A DNA stretch of 64,000 nt from positions 135,718,001-135,782,000 of the forward strand of contig OZ024740.1 of assembly GCA_964016885.1 (NCBI GenBank). Direction: 5' to 3'. Shown piece after piece: positions 62,291 to 64,000 of the stretch. The notes under the pieces are model-generated. The model saw only the letters and a program-made list of their open reading frames with translations, had not been told where the DNA came from and did not search any database. The stretch is from Eledone cirrhosa (lineage: Eukaryota). Made by a program: the position numbers and the translations under genes. Position 1 is the stretch's first letter. Every line of letters begins with the position of its first letter.

Positions 62291-63104
62291 ATCATTGAAT
62301 GTAGAACAGCAGATAAGCAGAGTTGTTGGAGCATCAGGCAAATGTTTAGCAGTATTTGCTCTGGTTCTTTATGTTGAGATCAAATCCTGCTGAGGTTAGG
62401 TTTAAAGTATCAGTAATGCACTATGATCAATTTAATTAACTCCCTTTCCAGCAAAATTTCTGGCCTTGTGCTCAAAGTAGAAACAATTATCATCATCATA
62501 AGATAGTAGCATTTCCAATGAAATTACATCATGTAATTTAACATAAACATTTGAACATGCATAATGACTGAGGAGCGAGTTATACATCTTTATTAATACA
62601 AAACTAATAATAAATAATGACGAAAAATTGATGGCCCTACACTCACATTTTGTATATATGTAAATAAATTAAGAAAAATAAGAATACATTAGATGTCTAA
62701 CCCATGCTAGTGTGGAAAATGGATGTTAAACAATGATGTTGATGATGATCTCAAGTAAAAAAATATTCAAAATTATAATTCACTATATAGTAAAAGTAGC
62801 ATTTTAAAGATACCCCAGTCAATCTCCGGAATTTGGAATAATTAATGTAGTGTATGTTTAAAAATTAAGTTTAAGGATCAGGTTTATATATTTGTTTATT
62901 TTATATAATAAATAAAATTCTCTATTACTCAATTTTAATACCTATATTCATAAATTAAATTCTATTCATTGAATTTTATAAGCAGGGAAAACAAAATCAA
63001 TGAGAAATTTATGTATTAAGTTTGTATATAATTTCATATCATTTCATCTCATATCATACTACAAAGTGGAAGCTTAAACATTTATTTACATAAATTATAT
63101 TAGA

Positions 63105-63270
63105 TCTATCTTCTCTCTTGCTCAGGTATCAGATATAGTGTGCAACAGAGAAGACTCTTCTGGTATGGGCATGTGATGTGTATAGATGATGATTGTTGGC
63201 TGAATAAGTGCCAAGAGATCAAGTAATTAGAAAAAGAAAGAAGAAAATGGTGAGAAAAGACAAGCATATG
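63105..63270 (+). mobile_element. old RTE LINE fragment
   Basis: Reads VQQRRLFWYGHVMCIDDDCWLNKC, homologous to the RRLxWYGHVM segment of the RTE copies. Confidence 0.6.
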
Positions 63271-64000
63271 AAAATAATAAGTTCCACACACAGGAATAGT
63301 TTTTTAAACTAAACTAAAAGTACTTAGTGATTCTTTCATTACTACTTCAGCAGGTACAGTGTAGGCTAGTTTTCACTGTAAAGGTCAGAACAAGACTGAA
63401 ATATGTCTGAGGTTGTCTCTCATACATGATGGAAAAAAAAAAAAATAATATAAGCTATTGACTATTATTGTTTTGTATTTTTTCTCCTTTTCTGGGCAGG
63501 GTTCTAAAACCATGATTTAACCCTTTTAATACCAACTTGTCTAAAATGGCCCTTGACTCTACAATACTGAGTCATTTGTTTTAATGTGTTTATATTTATC
63601 TAAAACCTTCCATTATAATTTTATGTAAGAACCTTCAAGTTATGTTCTAACCCCAGGTTAATAATGAGAAACTTAGTTATATTACTAAATTATTTTAAAT
63701 GTAATTTGAAAATATATAAGAAATATGGTAATGAAAGGATTAAATATGTTAAAACCAACTTACCAAAATGATCTACAAGTCTAGGAGAATGTTATTTTAA
63801 ATGAGAAACTGTGTTGTATAGAACAAAAGAATACATGATAAAAATCTGAAACTACTATATAAGTCTCTGAATTTCCCCTACCCCCTAAGTAATTAGCATG
63901 CAATATGAGAAACTACACCCAATCTGCTGCAGATATATTGTTGAGTGCCTGGGTAGGGCTCTTAACTCTAAATGCTTATGGTTTGCCTCACTGTCAGAAA

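Overview
AT-rich, repeat-dense eukaryotic genomic DNA. The SINE/LINE repertoire and the dense (TA)n microsatellites suggest a coleoid cephalopod (Octopus-like); this is inference. Two host genes lie on the minus strand: a complete six-exon DTWD2 (tRNA-uridine aminocarboxypropyltransferase; 24746->13959, 251 aa, all introns GT-AG and phase-consistent) and the main coding exon of a TNFAIP8/TIPE-family gene (47693->47119; first exon not located). These two genes are also near neighbours in human 5q23.1. The rest is mobile DNA: two RTE-clade LINE copies with a PHD finger inside the RT, a decayed Tx1/L1-type LINE, several tRNA-derived SINE families, piggyBac/Tc1/hAT-type MITEs, a 74-75-bp minisatellite, a locally triplicated 2.7-3.4-kb unit and a ~610-bp polypurine tract. 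The most notable signal is a recurring architecture: non-coding fold-back (inverted-repeat) insertions in (TA)n tracts that carry type I hammerhead ribozyme motifs, typical of Penelope-like element pseudo-LTRs. They include a ~1.4-kb near-perfect palindrome upstream of the TNFAIP8 exon, and two filled/empty site pairs in the tandem units showing that these are recent insertions that come with (TA)n expansion. Ribozyme calls are manual folds and have not been tested.
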